A program made the translations under genes and the position numbers. A model generated the notes under the pieces. The model was not told the origin of the DNA and did no database searches. It worked only from the letters and a program-made list of their open reading frames with translations. A stretch of 64,000 nt of DNA, taken from NCBI GenBank assembly GCA_030704615.1, contig CM060732.1, positions 54,374,001 to 54,438,000 of the forward strand, written 5' to 3'. This DNA comes from Takakia lepidozioides (Eukaryota > Plantae > Bryophyta). Of the stretch, positions 47,871 to 63,229 are shown piece by piece. Numbering within the stretch: the stretch's first letter is position 1; each line of letters opens with the position of its first letter.

Positions 47871-50800
47871 ACCAAGGCCAAATGAAGAGTTTAAATTGTA
47901 CCTGTATTTGAAAAGGGATGCACAAATGGAATTCTATTATCTCCAAAATTTAATATGTATGTTGGAAATGTATGTGAGCAATGCTTGCTGAAAAGCTCTC
48001 ATAGCATTCATGATGTGTACATAGATCTTCATGTTGTAATAGCCTCACATGAACAATATAATCAAACTAACGGTGGGTCTTTCTAGAATATTAGCCCTCT
48101 CACCGACATTCCAGCTCTGATCACACGCACACGTTGTAAACGTCCCAGGAAGGCCGAAAAAAATTCATGTATTATCGCTTTTGCTCTTGGTTGGCTGCCA
48201 AAAAAAGAGGAAAATAAAAATCTGATATTGAAGTGGATAGTGTCATGAAGTTCATTCCAATACATTTTGTCATTGTGAATTGTTACAGTTTTTCATGTAA
48301 GTTGATGGAACTTCTTCCAAAATCTTAAAAACTTCACATTTCGTTATTTATCATATAATGATTACCAAAGTATTATTTTGAGAGAGAGAACAAACTGGCC
48401 CAATCTGCTTTTGTTAGTCTTAAGAACAAAATGTGTGGACAATACATTTTCCCTTTGAAGAGACCAATTGATCTCCACATGATTGCACACTGACTCTTCA
48501 TTTTTTATTTGAAATGGGTTTTTCTAGGTTCTACGTAAATCATGGTCTAGGAAGAGTTCTTGTTAGACCTAAAAGATGTTTGACAAAGAAAAATGCTTAT
48601 ACTCATTGTGGTCTTTCTATAGAAATTTCTATTTATAAGGAAATAACAAAGTATTTCAGAAGTTTCAAGTTTGTCAAAAAAGTGCAAGATATGTGAGATG
48701 AAAGAAATATTACCCGAATTAATCAATACAACGACATGACAAGTCTAGTTTGAATCTAAGGAGCAAGGTTGGTTTCAACTCATACATATGAAAATAGCAA
48801 TCGCATCTGGACCGCGAGGAGGATAAGTATCTTTGGGAAGGTTTACATTTTTACAGTGCAACAATGATTTTTGTACTTTGCTCGCCTATGTACAAAGGCA
48901 CATCATTTTCCTAGAAGGTGGTCAGTTTTGTGATGATGACCGAAGAACCGGTTGTGCAAAAAGAAAAATTTGCATGAAACAAATTGTTAGGAATTCATCA
49001 ATTGAACATGATTCATAATTACTATACACTATACACTTCATATAAGGAATAACCTCTATGTAGGATCCAAAGAAATGATAAATAAAAGCACATGTAGCCG
49101 AAATGTAGAGAATGTCAGCAACTCAGCATGGAACCCCAAGTGGCAACCCTTGATGGGAAAATCTTGAAGTTGACACCCAAAAACTGAACAAAAAACAATG
49201 CCCAAAGTTAGTAGAGAAATAACTTAGCACATGGATTGTCAATGAGATCCCCAAGATAAAACTGTCCACAGCATTTAAACAAGACACCTCCAGTTCAAAA
49301 AAATGGAATGGACCGAAGGCAATCACTGTTGGTCGACAGTATGCTCCCAAAGTCAGTCCTTCATTCTGTGGCTAGTACTGAAACTCGGCTCAAGGCATAA
49401 ATCAAGTGGAAAAATCCAATTTGGTCCAACATCTGATAAAGGATACCAACGGTCCTTTGATAAATCATACGCCACCAGCTAGTGCAGTATCTACATAGTC
49501 TTCAAGTAGCCACATATCAACACAGTAGCACTAATCATGGTAAAGTAGACCCTGGCGAAACTCCTGTTCATGCAGCTCTGCATGATGCTTGGCATTTGTG
49601 ATAACAATTCCCAAATGCATGGAGCTATCAAGGAAGCATTGTGCAGTGGTGCACAACACAATGCATTGTCATACTCAAACAATGTTGAGTACCTCACCTC
49701 ATCCCAAGAAGCCTTGCATCCTGCGCATCCTGCAATAATGCACCAAATCTGCAAAGAAGTAGCCTGAAGATGAAGACTAAAATCAAGAGTTCGAATAATT
49801 TGAAATCCTTTTGTCGCTATTGCAAAATGGTAATATAGGGGGTGTGCATTGTGCTCTGAGGGTCATTATACGCCTCAACTCTTTGTTGTGAATAACATAA
49901 TGGAATGACCATTTAGAGAGTTGTGGTTGGTTAGCCCATTGTTATCATCAAAATATAAATGCATGTCAAACGGTTGTTATCAGTTCTTTTCTTGAAATTG
50001 ATTTAATACTTGTAGTAATCAGGAGCTCCAAATCATTACACAACAAGACGTCTTTGACTTGAGCCTTGAAGTCAGAGTGCAAAACACTCAGAATTCTTTT
50101 CTGCAAGCAAATAAATTGCAAATCATGTTTTTAACAGTACATCTGTATGAATCTGTTACCTGCAAGCATAGGGTTTGTTTGCATCGGCTCCAATCAACAG
50201 GCGATCGAACAAAAACTGAAAGACTTCGAGAAGATCATCACCATGAAATTGGCCCACGTGCAAGAAGCCGTGACCACCAACATAGATAAAATAGACTTGG
50301 TGGCCCGGCGCGTGCACAAGTCAACATGAAGATCACAACAATCGACATGAAGGTCGTAGTAATCAACGCCAAGATAGAAGTCCTCACTAGAGGTTGAATC
50401 AATACTATCCTTGTGACACACAATCCCAAAGCTTTTAAAATCTACCTAGAACTCAATCTAAGGATCAAGGAATTGTCGCGTATGCTGAAAGACATATAGT
50501 AATCCAACTGGTTATCAGACCCGGTGGAAAAATAATCCGATATCTGCACATCTTGTGAAGATATCTTGAACTACAAGAAAATCAGCTCCATCTTCATCCT
50601 TCGGAATACCACTCCATTTGGCGCCATAGAGCTTTGAAGTCTCGATGATGTTTACTAAGCCTATCTGAAAATATTGTTTGTTCATGTTTGGATGCAGATT
50701 CAGATTGAGAATGGAACCCAGATGATGTTTCAAATTTCTCTCCAATACTGAAAATAAGGAAAAATAAACAACCAAACACACAAATTGGCATTAGCGTTAT

Positions 50801-52149
50801 GACAGATGACTGGAAGTACTTTTAACTCTGCAATTTGAGAAATGTCACAAAACCGACAGTGATTGTCATGTTGTGGAACCAGTCATCTCAGGGAAAAGAC
50901 CATGAATAACCTGCATATTTGAATGCTTCACATATTTTTTGAAGTCAGACATAGAACAATAGACCCAGCTTGAGTGTAATAAGAGGGATATGACCAGCAC
51001 CATGACTTTGGGAGGCCAAGCTTGTAGTTGACATGCAGAACAAGACAAATGTATGTCAAGAAAGAATTTCCACTCCATTTTGAACTGGAGTCTCATTTTC
51101 AGGTTGGGAAAAAAAGATGCATATCATGCAGGGATTTTGGGTAGACATTTAGCCTTAACCTTTGCATCTACACAAATTTAGGAAATTATCCAAGGCAAAG
51201 AGAAGCCAAGACCTTACAACGTACTTTGGTATCTTTTGATTAATTTCCATTTGATTGCCTCTAATCTTTGACAACTTGTTATTTAAAAGATCCATCCAAT
51301 CTGTTTTATTTCGTTTTGTTTTGTTTTTGAAAGAAAGGGGATGGAAGCCCTGAGATTTTATAGCAAAGGGACTAAAAGCCCAGAGTCTGTCTTAAATGTC
51401 AATGGCTAAATGTCAATGGCTTGGTTAGTTCGGAAGCTAAAGCAGGGCTTTAGGTGGGCCTCCTAGAGCCATAAACTGCCTATACAGGTCTCAGGGCGAG
51501 CCCCAGAGAGAGCCAAACCCACCTAGGCAGGTGTTGGGCCGGGTACGACGTAGGGATGGGCCCGGCGGTCAGGGCTGGACATACCCTAGTACATACCTGG
51601 CTCATACCTATGTACCCGCCCAACACTTTGTGTGTATGTAATGCTCACACACCACAAGGTGAAGTGTGTTTTTACAGTTTTATTAATGTTAGTAACTTTA
51701 CTAATTTTACAATTTGGGCCCGTTTACTTGCGACGTCTACAGTCAACATTTTCAAGCCCAAAATGTGACGTAGTTATGTTAGACATTTTATGTAGGTCGT
51801 AGTTTTTTTATAAATTTTTTTGTCTTTTTGCATCATATTCGAGACAATCCCTTGTCAAAAAAGCTTCAGGAGTGGGCCCCACCACAGTAGATATGCTGAA
51901 ATGAGGTGGAAGTGAAAATTCACAACGATCTGATTCGGGTCGCTTGGGAAATTAAGGGTTAAGGACCACTTTTTAGACTAAGGACAGAGACCAATAAACT
52001 TATAGCTACCATTTTTAAGCCAGTTCCAAATTTTGGTCTCAGATGCATATTAAACTATTAATGTACTAGGGACTTTAAAACTTCAAAGTTTGGTGTGTAA
52101 AGGCCTTGGAACTTTGAAGCTACTTTTACCACCCTAGGAGTATATATGC

Positions 52150-54150
52150 TCATCCTCTACAGGTCCAACTTTAAATGGAGAAAGTGTGCTCATAGAGCAA
52201 GCTTTGCAAGAAAGATTGGATCTATTTTCAGAGTGCAGCCTAACAAGTCACCAATCACCATTCACAAATTGTAATCATAGAGTCTCATCCAAGGCACTTG
52301 AGCACCGCGTACATTGTTTTGTATATGGGAATGCCCTCCACTCAAGGCAATCCCCTGCGTAAAGACCAGACATAATTTTTACCCCTAGGTAAGCAAAAGT
52401 AAAGGGCCTACTGCTCAACACACAGCCCATCGAGGGACCAATGGACGGTTGAAGGCACTCCTTGGAAATATTAAGCTGCCACGTCGCCTCACCCCTGAAA
52501 ACTAGGGTGGAAGAAAAAGTAAAATCCAAGAGCCACCAAACCCACAATTGCTCAAACAATCAAATCCACATAAAGCCCCACAATATCCACACCCACCTTA
52601 GTATGAGCTTGAAGAAATATCTGAAAAATATGTTTAGACCAATACAGAATGGCATGTATTATGTATTTAATACTATGTACTACGGTAAACGGACCGGAGA
52701 CAACACTCGGGATTATAACTACAACCTCTTCAATTGCCATGAAATCATAATCTAAAGCTAGCTGAATATTACCGTGAAACCAACACAAACTGTCTGATAC
52801 GTATCTGCTACAGACATGCTCCAGCCCACCGAGCCCCTCATTGAATGTAACTCAACCTCATATTCGGACCTATTCCAGCATGGCCTACATATGTGGGCCA
52901 TTGGGTTATTGGACAAGGTCCACTGAAGCCCCCTATTTTGCTTATACCCCTACACACCGCCAACATTTGCCTCAAAAGTTTCTAGATTCCTTTTCATATG
53001 CAGAAGGCTTCCCATCCAAGTACCCAAGCACAATAAACAATCTTTCTCTTGCACACTCTAACTCAACACTTCCTACACTCTTCCTAGATATCCTTGCCAC
53101 ATAACTTCAAACCTCACTTATTTCATATTACTCTAAACCTCTCACTTGTCCACTGGAACTAGCAAGCTACTCCAATTTATACGAAACTGAAAGATACCTT
53201 GATGGCTTCTTAGGTTTAGCAAGAACCCACCAATGGCAAGGACGTGGCTTTGCACACCCCCAGACCCCAATACAACTAGTATATCGATACATTGGGCATA
53301 CGTAACTGCCATGCATCCACAAAAGCATTCACCATTTTATTTACTCTACACAATAACCATACCAATAACAATCACCCTATGCTAATACCCACCATGCATC
53401 CCTCCCACCCGAATTGTTCACATGAACCACATTTGATCCTCAATCAATCATCTATGAGTCTCTTCTACAATTACGGGCTTGAGTGAAATATCATGAACCA
53501 TCACTAACTAAACTCGTTTGTATAGACCGTTCGGACAATCCATACATATCCGCCACATTTTTCATACAGTTTTATGGACATCTACTAAATCATTTATTTG
53601 ACCCCCAATTTATGCATCAATGATATTGTCTTTAGGTTGCACAATGCACATACATTTAGTTTTGGCACAAGTAACTCGTATAACCCGAGTATAATCATGG
53701 AGTTTGACAACTCAAAAAACACTTCTTCTGTCACATTTTGAATCCAGATGGTTCAACCTCATCAATGTAGGCATATTCCAAGGTAGGTCACCAGACCACA
53801 CAATATCCCCTAGCTCCTACCACGCACATGTTTCGATTATCCATGCTAAATGAGGAGAGAAGGCCACAGGAGCAAGCGCTTGGTCTGGCTATAGCCAAAT
53901 AGGGAGCGCAAGAAGAGAGGGAGGGTCTATTAAGGAGAGCAAGAAGATCAGGCGACATCAATTACATCTAGTGGAAGCAACAGTGCACCAATGGCAGCGG
54001 CAAGGGGGCCGAGGGATATGATCCACCAGGGATATGATCCACCATAGTTGGCCAATATGTACCCCAATCAGGTGTTGTTGTACATTATCACCCATCTGTA
54101 TCTCTTGAAGTTGAAGTGTATAGGTGGATTGGGCCCGGGTTAAATTGAAG
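52150..54150 (-). mobile_element. Highly decayed LINE ORF2 remnant
   Basis: zf-RVT-like GLYAGDCL......CTRC....ETL near 52275-52375, with fragmentary ORF2-like patches upstream. Boundaries are approximate. Confidence 0.4.
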
Positions 54151-55631
54151 ATGGTCATAACTCATATGCGACACCGAATTTTCTGCTTGAAATTACATCC
54201 CTGACACACTTCTCTATGTTTCGTTTCTAAGCCGATATGCCTCTACACTTTTATATGAGATTGGAGTGAATAAGTACAAGTTGTTACATTGTTGCTCAAC
54301 TTGCCGAGAAGGAGCAAATGCAGCCACATTCTTTTCTGGAGTGTCTGAATGAATCACTAAATTTTTTGGTGTTCATCTGTAAATATGGATGAAACATTCC
54401 ATCTTGAACTACTTCGTTTACTATTCGAGAGTATGGGTCTCTTTGCAGTTCTACCTAGGGATAGCGCCAATAAAATCATGGCAGGGTCGAAATGTCATGC
54501 TGGCTCGTGAATTTTGCCCTTGTCTCTCTCACCACTCTTAGCTCAGTAATTGCTGCAGCCATTGGAGAAGATGAACGCCTAGGTGGAATTTCACTCCCTA
54601 CGACATTTCTATTGTTGAATTCCATTGAGAGATCCAATGGGCAATTGAAGTAAATGGGCAAGGCCACCATTGGATGGTCTCTTAGGGCCACTACCGTTTC
54701 CGTGATGCTAATGTAATGTAGAACTGTCCCTGGTAGGGCAACCCTCACCAATGGGAGGCGACTTACCCCTAGCAGGTGGAAAAATTGATCCCCCTTGCTA
54801 AAACAGGTCACTCATCCACCTTCTCACAATGATCTTCAGTGAGGTCAGTAGGTGGACACAGCAAAACGGGTTTGGATATCAGGTTGCACATGGAATGACC
54901 ATCCAAAGAGTCAATCTTGGCGAACCCCATCTGGGAGGATGTCAGTGTACTGAAAAGGGTTCACGTGGATTAGGAGGTTGTATAGCAACTACTCCCTTAG
55001 AGCACTTGGCTATAGTTTGCAACTTAATCTACCAGCACAACTACCCATTGAGCCCCCTCGCGGAGCCCATTGCAGGGACTCCTTTCCTAGATGGCAGAGC
55101 TGATTGTTTTTCTCTGAGAAGGGGGATGCACACATCCGCAATGCGATGCTCTGTCTGCTCTTTCAGTAAAAATTTCATTTGCACTGGGAGGATATCATAT
55201 GTGGCATCGCCATGTCTTGGAGTAACATCTCTTTCCAACTTGGTCATGGCAACCCATGTGACAGGATAGCTGAAATTTAGAGAGCTGTGGAAGAGTATTA
55301 CAAGCACATTTGTGGTATCTATTGCTCATACATACCTCCAAATGCAAGACAGTGAGTTAAGCAAATAATGTAACCAGCAGGTGAAGTGCAGCATGCCACA
55401 TCACAATAACACAGATAGTCGTGGCATTGCAAGTGATATTGTGGCGTTGCCTTTTGCATCATGATGCAAATATAGATTCCTCCCACACACAAAAAGCCAA
55501 TGGAACCTAAAGCCCACAACAGACAGCTAGGTACATCACAATAACGAGACTTTCAAGTATTCACAGAGAGGAAGTGCGATGCAACACAGATACAGTAAAT
55601 TTCACTTCGGAGTGACAATGTCACCCTTGCT

Positions 55632-58600
55632 CTAACATTGATAGAGTGGCAGGGTCACCCTGGACTTCCAAATAAATCCGAGGGAACCCGACCGGGACTT
55701 TCGAAACCGCCGGGGTTCCGCAGTCTTTTCATCCTTTTTGCCATTATTTTTCACAGGCTGCTCTACATCGGAGCACTGCCCAGAGAAGGAGACCAAAGGG
55801 GCAGAATGAGAAAAGACTGTCTCTTTTTGCCGCTGCTCGCGAAAATGCTGCAGCAGTTTTTGAGCTTTATCTTGGCCCCTTGGATTACCACCAACCGAGA
55901 GACCCACGAGTGCAGGGATGACACCCTCCCGCAACACCAATTGACTATGCTGCAAACTATTGGTACAAAGCAACAGCAGAGTGGCAGCGGCGTGCTCTTT
56001 CTCCTTAATACTTCCCGTCTCAAGGATTTCAGCCAGCACAGCAATACCACCCTCTGTTTTTGCTATTGTGGATCTGCCTTCTTCGATCGAAGACAGATTG
56101 TATAAAAGTGCCACACATTTCTCTAACAGATCAACCTTCCGAAGGCTTAGCAAATGGACAAGAATAGGGATGGCACCTGCATGCACGACCCGGGGTCGGT
56201 TACCCAAGAATATGGTTAGATTGTACAAAGTGGTCAATGCATCCTTCCTTCCCTGGTTTGAACCCGAGATCAATAACTGCACCAGCAGTGGTATTGCACC
56301 GGACGACCCAATACAAGCTTTGTTCTCGTTCAGGCACGAGAGAGTCAGCAGAGCCGCCACCGCTCCTTCCTTGGATGCTCGACTGGCTCCAGCTTTCAGC
56401 AATTCCACAAACAAGGGCACAGCCCCCACACCTACCACAGCTGCCTTATTCCTACATCAAATTCAACAGAGGCCAACACTCACCCTCTCAGTGCCAACCC
56501 TGTGCTATTGCACCAAACAGCTGACCCTCTACCCCATGCACCCCATCTTGGAAGTCCCCCTGTTGAAGTAAACTGAAAAATCCATTGGAAAGTGATGGAA
56601 AACAAGAACAGAATCCCTGCAAGTCTGGGCACATGTATCACTAAATACATTGACAATCTCATTCGACTTGAAAACAGGTCTAAAAACTATTTGAGTAGAA
56701 AATCAACGGGCGAGCTAACCTGTCATCACTGATCGCAACATTGAGGAGTGCAAGAGCTCCTGTCTCCTGTGCACTCTGATCATCAACAGCCACAGCAGTA
56801 CGAAGGAGCTCCACAAGTGCAGGGATGACACCCCCATCCCCAATCTGTGCCCGCACTTTTGCATTGGTTTTTGCCAACACTCGAATCTTTTCGGCTGCTT
56901 GGCAGCGAAGCTGCAGGGAACCATCTGTGAGGTCGGTCACCAACCTCTCAAAACAATCCACCCACTGCTCATCTGTTAGCTCCCTTATTTCTGCACCTTC
57001 CTGTACCAATCTGCATGCATGTGCGTCTCCTGTCTCAGAGACTGCTTCATCTTTTCCCACAGTTCCTCCCTCAACACCGCTGACATAGTTGTGGCCAGGA
57101 GTCTTGGCTGGATTTCCACTTGCTTTTGTCTGAGCTCCACTAACAGCATCATCCACAGGCACAACCCTCACCTCTTTGAGCTGCTCCTCACTCCCCACTT
57201 TGACCAGTTCAGTGGCAGAAAAGAGCTCCCATCTCCACGAAGTGACAGGGGAAGGAGGTGGAGAGGGGGGATTCGGGACAGCAATCCCATGTGCCTCACA
57301 CCAACTGGCTATTAGGCCCTTCACACAATAGTTAGGAGTGAGGTTAAGGTGTCCCAGAACCTGCCGAGTCTTTGGGCAAGTAATATGACCCTCCTGTACA
57401 CCACCACAGGACAGCAGCACAACTCAATTATTCTACTCAAAATCATCAAACCGCACAAATGGTAAGCTTTCCTGGATATCACAGAAGGGCCAAGCTCACC
57501 ACCACCGGGAGGGCCACAAACTGAGTAAACCCTCATCCTAGTAAGCATCAAATCAACATGTGTGCTCTCGACAATGTTCCAATCAGCTTCATATTGTGAA
57601 TCTATGGGACGAGTAAAGATACCTGGAACCATTTCTCAATGCAGACACGCTCGTACGTTTGACCCGATGCCACTATCACAGGCTCTGACATGAGCTGAAG
57701 TGAAATGGGACATCGCAGCTCTTCAGGCGCCAAAGGCATCCTTGGCGGGCTGCCGCAATCCTCTTGGCCACTGTAATCCACCAAGGTTGTGATAGCCACC
57801 TCAGAACATCGACATTCAGTGCAATGGAGGTGGGTCTGTGTAGCAGAGTAGGTATGGCCCTCTGCTTCGCCAGAACCTGTGAGTTTACCTGACCCCCAGC
57901 CCCTGTCAGAGACAGGCCACCTTGCAGGCTCTCCAGCTGCTTGCAAGTCATTCGCCATGCGCAGAACATTGTTGAATTTCTTCATAAGTTGCAGAATGTG
58001 AAGAGTGACAGCCTCTTTCCTCCTATCTTCCTCATACCGTGCTTTCTCCAGTAAGCGCTTGAGGGCTCGTTTTTCTACAAGGATGGCATCAGCAGAGACC
58101 AAGCCCAGCCGAGTAGCTACCTGACTGAAAGTCTCCTGCTCCGCCTGCGGATTTTCATATTGAGGTCCCTTCTGTTTCTGCAACAACAGAGATATGATCT
58201 CTGCTCCTATTTGCTTCTCCACTGGATCCAGCTGGAACAAGGTTTGGCCCAATTCAACCTGAATTTCAGCAATCTGCACACACATTTCCATGGGCCCGTC
58301 ACTCTGCAGCCTCCAAGATGACACAGACATCGACTCCCCTTTGTCTACAGATCTAGGGTAAGGCCAACAGAACCAAACCTGAGAAGCAATTTCCTGAGGA
58401 ACCAAAATTGCAATGCGCCTCAGACTTTGCTCCAGCCCGTCCTTCACTTCATCGAATCGTGATAGCATGGACTCTCCCTTGATCGCCTGCAGAAGAAGGG
58501 CCAATCCACTTATAACTACCAGAGCATGATCACACATCTCTATGAAGTAAGCACGCGCAGATTGGAGAAAGGGCAGGCGTCCGGCAATCACCCAGGTCCA

Positions 58601-59331
58601 GATGAAGGACAAAGTGATGTGGGGAATGAAAACTAAACCGTGGTGGAAGCTTGCCAACATTCATATGGGTAAACCCCAACACTCACCATACCAAAAGCAT
58701 TCAATGGCGTGCCCCGGTAATTTTGTAGCAACCTGTTTTTACCAGGAAAACAAAGAGACACAGGCAGGAGTACCAGGTAGAGCTTGCTGGAATCTGCACA
58801 ATAATGAAGAAGAGAACGTGCTTTGTCAAGGGCCAACTGCAATGCACAAAGTGCCTGTAGGCCAGATTTACGCCAACGGGCCCGCTCCACATCCAGTGCT
58901 GGTCCCACTGTCTGCATCCGCTTCACCAGCGCCGCCAACGCCCCGCACATCCCTCTATGTAGCTGTGCACTCTCCCTTTCATATTAGTTGGTTACTCCTC
59001 ACTCTCAATAAGCTAAGCACCTATTTTTGTCTCAATTCACCCATCCCCTAGAAAGGAAATGATAATTATGCTTATACAGAATGTCCTGATTCTACATCAC
59101 GTACGTGAAGGTATTGCGTGATGATGAATGCAACGGCAAGACAACCTCAAGCCCCCCAAGCCAGGCTGTGCATTAGGCCATCCAGATCCGACACTGTAGG
59201 AAAGACAACCTTCCAGAATAAACAGTTCTAGAAACAAACTACCTGCTCCATGTAAGAAAGAGCAAGAACAAAAAGGTGCATACCTGGGCATGCTTGGCTG
59301 CAGCAACGCTCTGCTCCACAGCAATGTCCAT
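55632..59331 (-). CDS. Plant U-box E3 ubiquitin ligase, UND-U-box-ARM (PUB6/7/45-like), about 829 aa, 6 coding exons
   Basis: Exons 59331-59284, 58962-58774, 58486-58379, 58273-57623, 57393-56720, 56451-55632; 2490 nt in frame, all introns GT-AG. UND domain: [10 protein letters not shown]...[12 protein letters not shown]-box: [44 protein letters not shown]...[17 protein letters not shown] repeats follow. Confidence 0.95.
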
Positions 59332-62300
59332 CGCTCCCGCCTCATGTACCTGCTGCCCTGCTTCATCCCATGCAATCTAGCTCAGCTCAACCTACACTCA
59401 GGGCTATCACACCACTTGACCCTAACAGGTACATAGCAGTAAAGAGTAAACACCAATTGGCCATCCTCAATGCCTCAGTTGTCCTTCCACAGTTGGTTTC
59501 TTCCTAAGACCGATGACCAATCGTACCCTGTTACCTATGACATCACAGCAGGATGTCAATGATGAGAGTCCCTTCAACAGCAGTGCCAGGGAGTATTAAA
59601 GCATGTAACGCAGATCTCTGGAGTGCAAAGCAACTGCAACCAAGAGAACCTAACATGATCCAGGTACCTACAATTAGGAGGAAACCCATCACAACATGGC
59701 TGAGAGAAATACCAGGGGGCCTGATTTTCGAGGCAAGACAATAAAAAGCTAGGACTACCCAACACTTGTGCCTGCATAAATTGTACAAATCACATGAACA
59801 AAATGAGTGTTTCTATCATGCTCTCTGTCAAAGGTTTCCCTCCTTGTATCCACATGATGGAGCAATGGCTAGGTTTAGTATCTCTCCATACTAGAACTAT
59901 GCCTGGTTGCAAAAATGCTAATTCTCAATCTCAATGGACTTGGAACAGAAGTCAAATGATATTAAGAAACAGCAGTTACTTTGCCAATGATTCATACCAG
60001 AGTCTGCCATGAGGATGACTCAATCGAGTGACACTAATTTGCTGCCCGCAGGATTCCTGCAGCCGCAAAATTTCTTGCCATCTTTAAGTTAAGAGTGCAT
60101 GCATGCACTGGCTCCAGAGTGAAAGAAGATTGTTTCAGTACATGCAATTATTGGCACCAATCTCCACATTGAACCTACAGGAACATTTTGAGGGTACTGG
60201 GAACGCAGGAGATTCGGGTGCAGTATGCTTGCTGCAATTTCTTCCACGGAGATGAACAATAGTATGTTATCACAGATACTGCCTGACTGATAGTCCTTCA
60301 GCTACCACAAGTATAAAAGTCAGCCTGGGTCTGTTGACTAGATGAATTGAAAAATGGTTAGAACCAAAGCTCTGCATATGTGAAAATCTTCGGTTTCTGG
60401 CTGACAGACTCTTGCAATCCCACCACAGACATCACATTAGCTCTACCAAGAATATTCCTTGCACTCCCATGAACAGGCACAAATAAGAAAAGAACTTCCA
60501 CCAAGCAAACCAAAGGCAATCTACCACCTTCAACGGATTGGTAGGCATCACCATTCTTACCTCTGCCATTGCATCACCCTAGAGACAGTACACCCATGGA
60601 CTCAGACAGTTTTACAGAAGGAGACAGAAAGAGGCTTGCATGTAACCAAGGAGAGAGTAAAACGGCCAGCAAGTCCAGTCCCGTGAGTGGGAAAGTGTCA
60701 CCGTCTGAGGTGAGTCATGGACTACCAGCTCAATCTGTACCAAGGCCAGCAAGTGAATAAAAAGCAAGGACTACCTCATCCAAACCCGCAGGAGTATCAC
60801 TAAAGTCTCGACTTGGGCTCCAGAACCACACTTGAGTTCCACAGTAACTTCATGTCTTTCTTGCCCTGCATATTTTCTCGCCCATGGGCACGTCGGTCTG
60901 CACACTCTCCTTCACTGTCGGTCTCTTCTCCAAAACCCACTCTCTGCTTCGCTTTCAAAAGGACGTCCTTCAGTGACCCTCTGCTTACCCAAAACCCTGT
61001 CCTCTCGACCTGATGTCGCTGGAGCACCCGCGGCTAGACGAGCTAAACTAGCGTGAATCTCTTCTTGGTACTCCTTAGTGTCCCCTTTGGTCCCGGTTTG
61101 GAAGAATTCCTGGAATCCTTTTCCTCCTCAACTGATGTCAAACAGCACTGGTCCCCTTCAAAAGATGTAATTGGAAAACAAAAAAATTCTCCGCCTGATG
61201 TCGGCAAGTGTAGGTCTTTCTCGCGGCGATGCAGATGGCTCTTCTCAATACTGATTAGTTCCCCCTTTCCGCCCTCGTTTGAAGAATCCCCGACCCCTTA
61301 CCTCTCTGCACCTGATGCCCAGCAGGGGCAGGCCACCTTCGCCAGGAAAAGTAGCGGTGACAACAAATGAGAAGAGTGAGGAGCCCGAGTCTCTCTTCTC
61401 TTCCTGATGGTTAGAATTCCTCGAGATATTTCTCTTACCACCGTACGTCAGAAATCGCTCATCACCCTCCCAACCAAGAGAAGAGGTTTAAAAAGAGTAA
61501 GCCTCTCCTCAATCATACTCCTTCATTGCCCCCTGTCTGCCCCCCTTGAACATTTCCTCAACTTTCCACCTGTCAGAAAGCGCTCGTCACTCACAGAACT
61601 ATCAGGCTTATTAACAAACTCAAATTCCCCTCAATACTTGTCACCTATCTCTGCCCGCCATGACGAAAAATAGTTCTGTAACTCTCAGCGGCGGTGGAGA
61701 GTCCCCGGCAGGGCAGGTAAAACCACAGGGCCTTAAAATCACGTGGCCCCACTCAAGCTCTCTGCTTTTCTTCTCCGTCTGCACTCTCAGCCCTCGCTAC
61801 TTTGAGTGTATGCCTCTCTCTCTCTCTCACCCTCTCTATCCCACTCAATCAACCCGGAGTCAAACTCCTCTCCCTTTTCTTAACGGGGAACCAGATTAAA
61901 TTCCAACTTCTGTCCTGTCCCTAGTTAAAGGTATCCTCCGTAATGCCACGGTCTCTCTCTCCCCCTCTCTCTGACCTCCCTCTCAGCTAATCAACCGCAG
62001 AACCAAATGCGTCTCCTCTTTCTTAATCAGAAAAACAGAATAAATCCCTCACACTCAATCCTCCTCATTCCTTTATCACTTTGAATACATCTCTCACATC
62101 TCTCCACATTTACAGCCTACTAGATCCAAAACAGTCACATGGCCCGTGCTTTTGCTCACTCCAAGACAAGCAAGGTTAATAACTCGTTGCACCACTTTCC
62201 ATATTACACTTTACAAGATTCCAACACGGATCTCTCACACCCTCCTCCCTCTCCTTCTCTCCTCCGTCTCCTTCCTCCCCTTTATCTCTGCTCCGTCTCC

Positions 62301-63229
62301 TCCCTCGGATGGACTCTCTTCTTTTTTTTTCCTTTTTTCTTTTCTTCTTCGTATTCATCCACTCCTCTATACACTATACACCTATTTTTACTTGTATTTG
62401 TATTCTTAATTATATTTTCCATTTTCATTTCTGTGAATGTCATGATTTTCGCACCAGAGTTTCCATCGGATAACAAGGAAGAAAAAAGAATCGTGGATTT
62501 ATGAAATAAGCCCAAAACAGATTTCGAGATATTTACACGCTGGATTTGAGATTTTGTGAGATTGTGAGAATACTTCCTTCACGTTAATAAATACGTACTT
62601 ATTCATCCTGAGTCCTCATCCATCATAAGGGACTTCTCATCCATGTCAGGGCCGGAATCACCGCCGGTATTCTCAGTATTTCCGGTAGTTCACCTACTTA
62701 CTTTCACTCATAGGCTTATTTACTGACTACTTACCATAGTCAATGTGGATGAGGGTGATAGTAGATTAGTGTAGTAAATCTGTAACTTACTAGTGATGGG
62801 GGATGCTCACAAGGCCAACCGAGCGAAAGAGTTGACGGTTATGTGGATGCAAATGGACCTTTAATTTTTTAGAAATTGGGTCCTTCCAACAGCACCTGAA
62901 CGGATTTATATTACTAGAAATGTATGTATTATTGGATTATTTATTTATTTATTTATTTTATTTTTGGAAATTTTCCAAATATTTCGTCGGATTTTGTATG
63001 GTGTAACGGTCGAGAGTAAGGGCCACTTTTTCACTTTACGGCTAGTACCCCTTTTGGAGGTGGGACCTATGGTGTAGGGGCCGACTTCATAGGAGGTATA
63101 AGATGTTTGAGGCAACTTCATCCAGGAACCTTAATGTTTGTTTCCATGGATGATAAATCTACTTACGGACATCTACTCATCCTTCACTCATTCCATAGTT
63201 GGTGGCACTTGGTACACCAATGTCACCGA

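Noticed and set aside
55638-56571. Plus-strand ORFs of 155 and 203 aa
   Set aside because: Antisense shadows of the ARM-repeat exon of the U-box gene.
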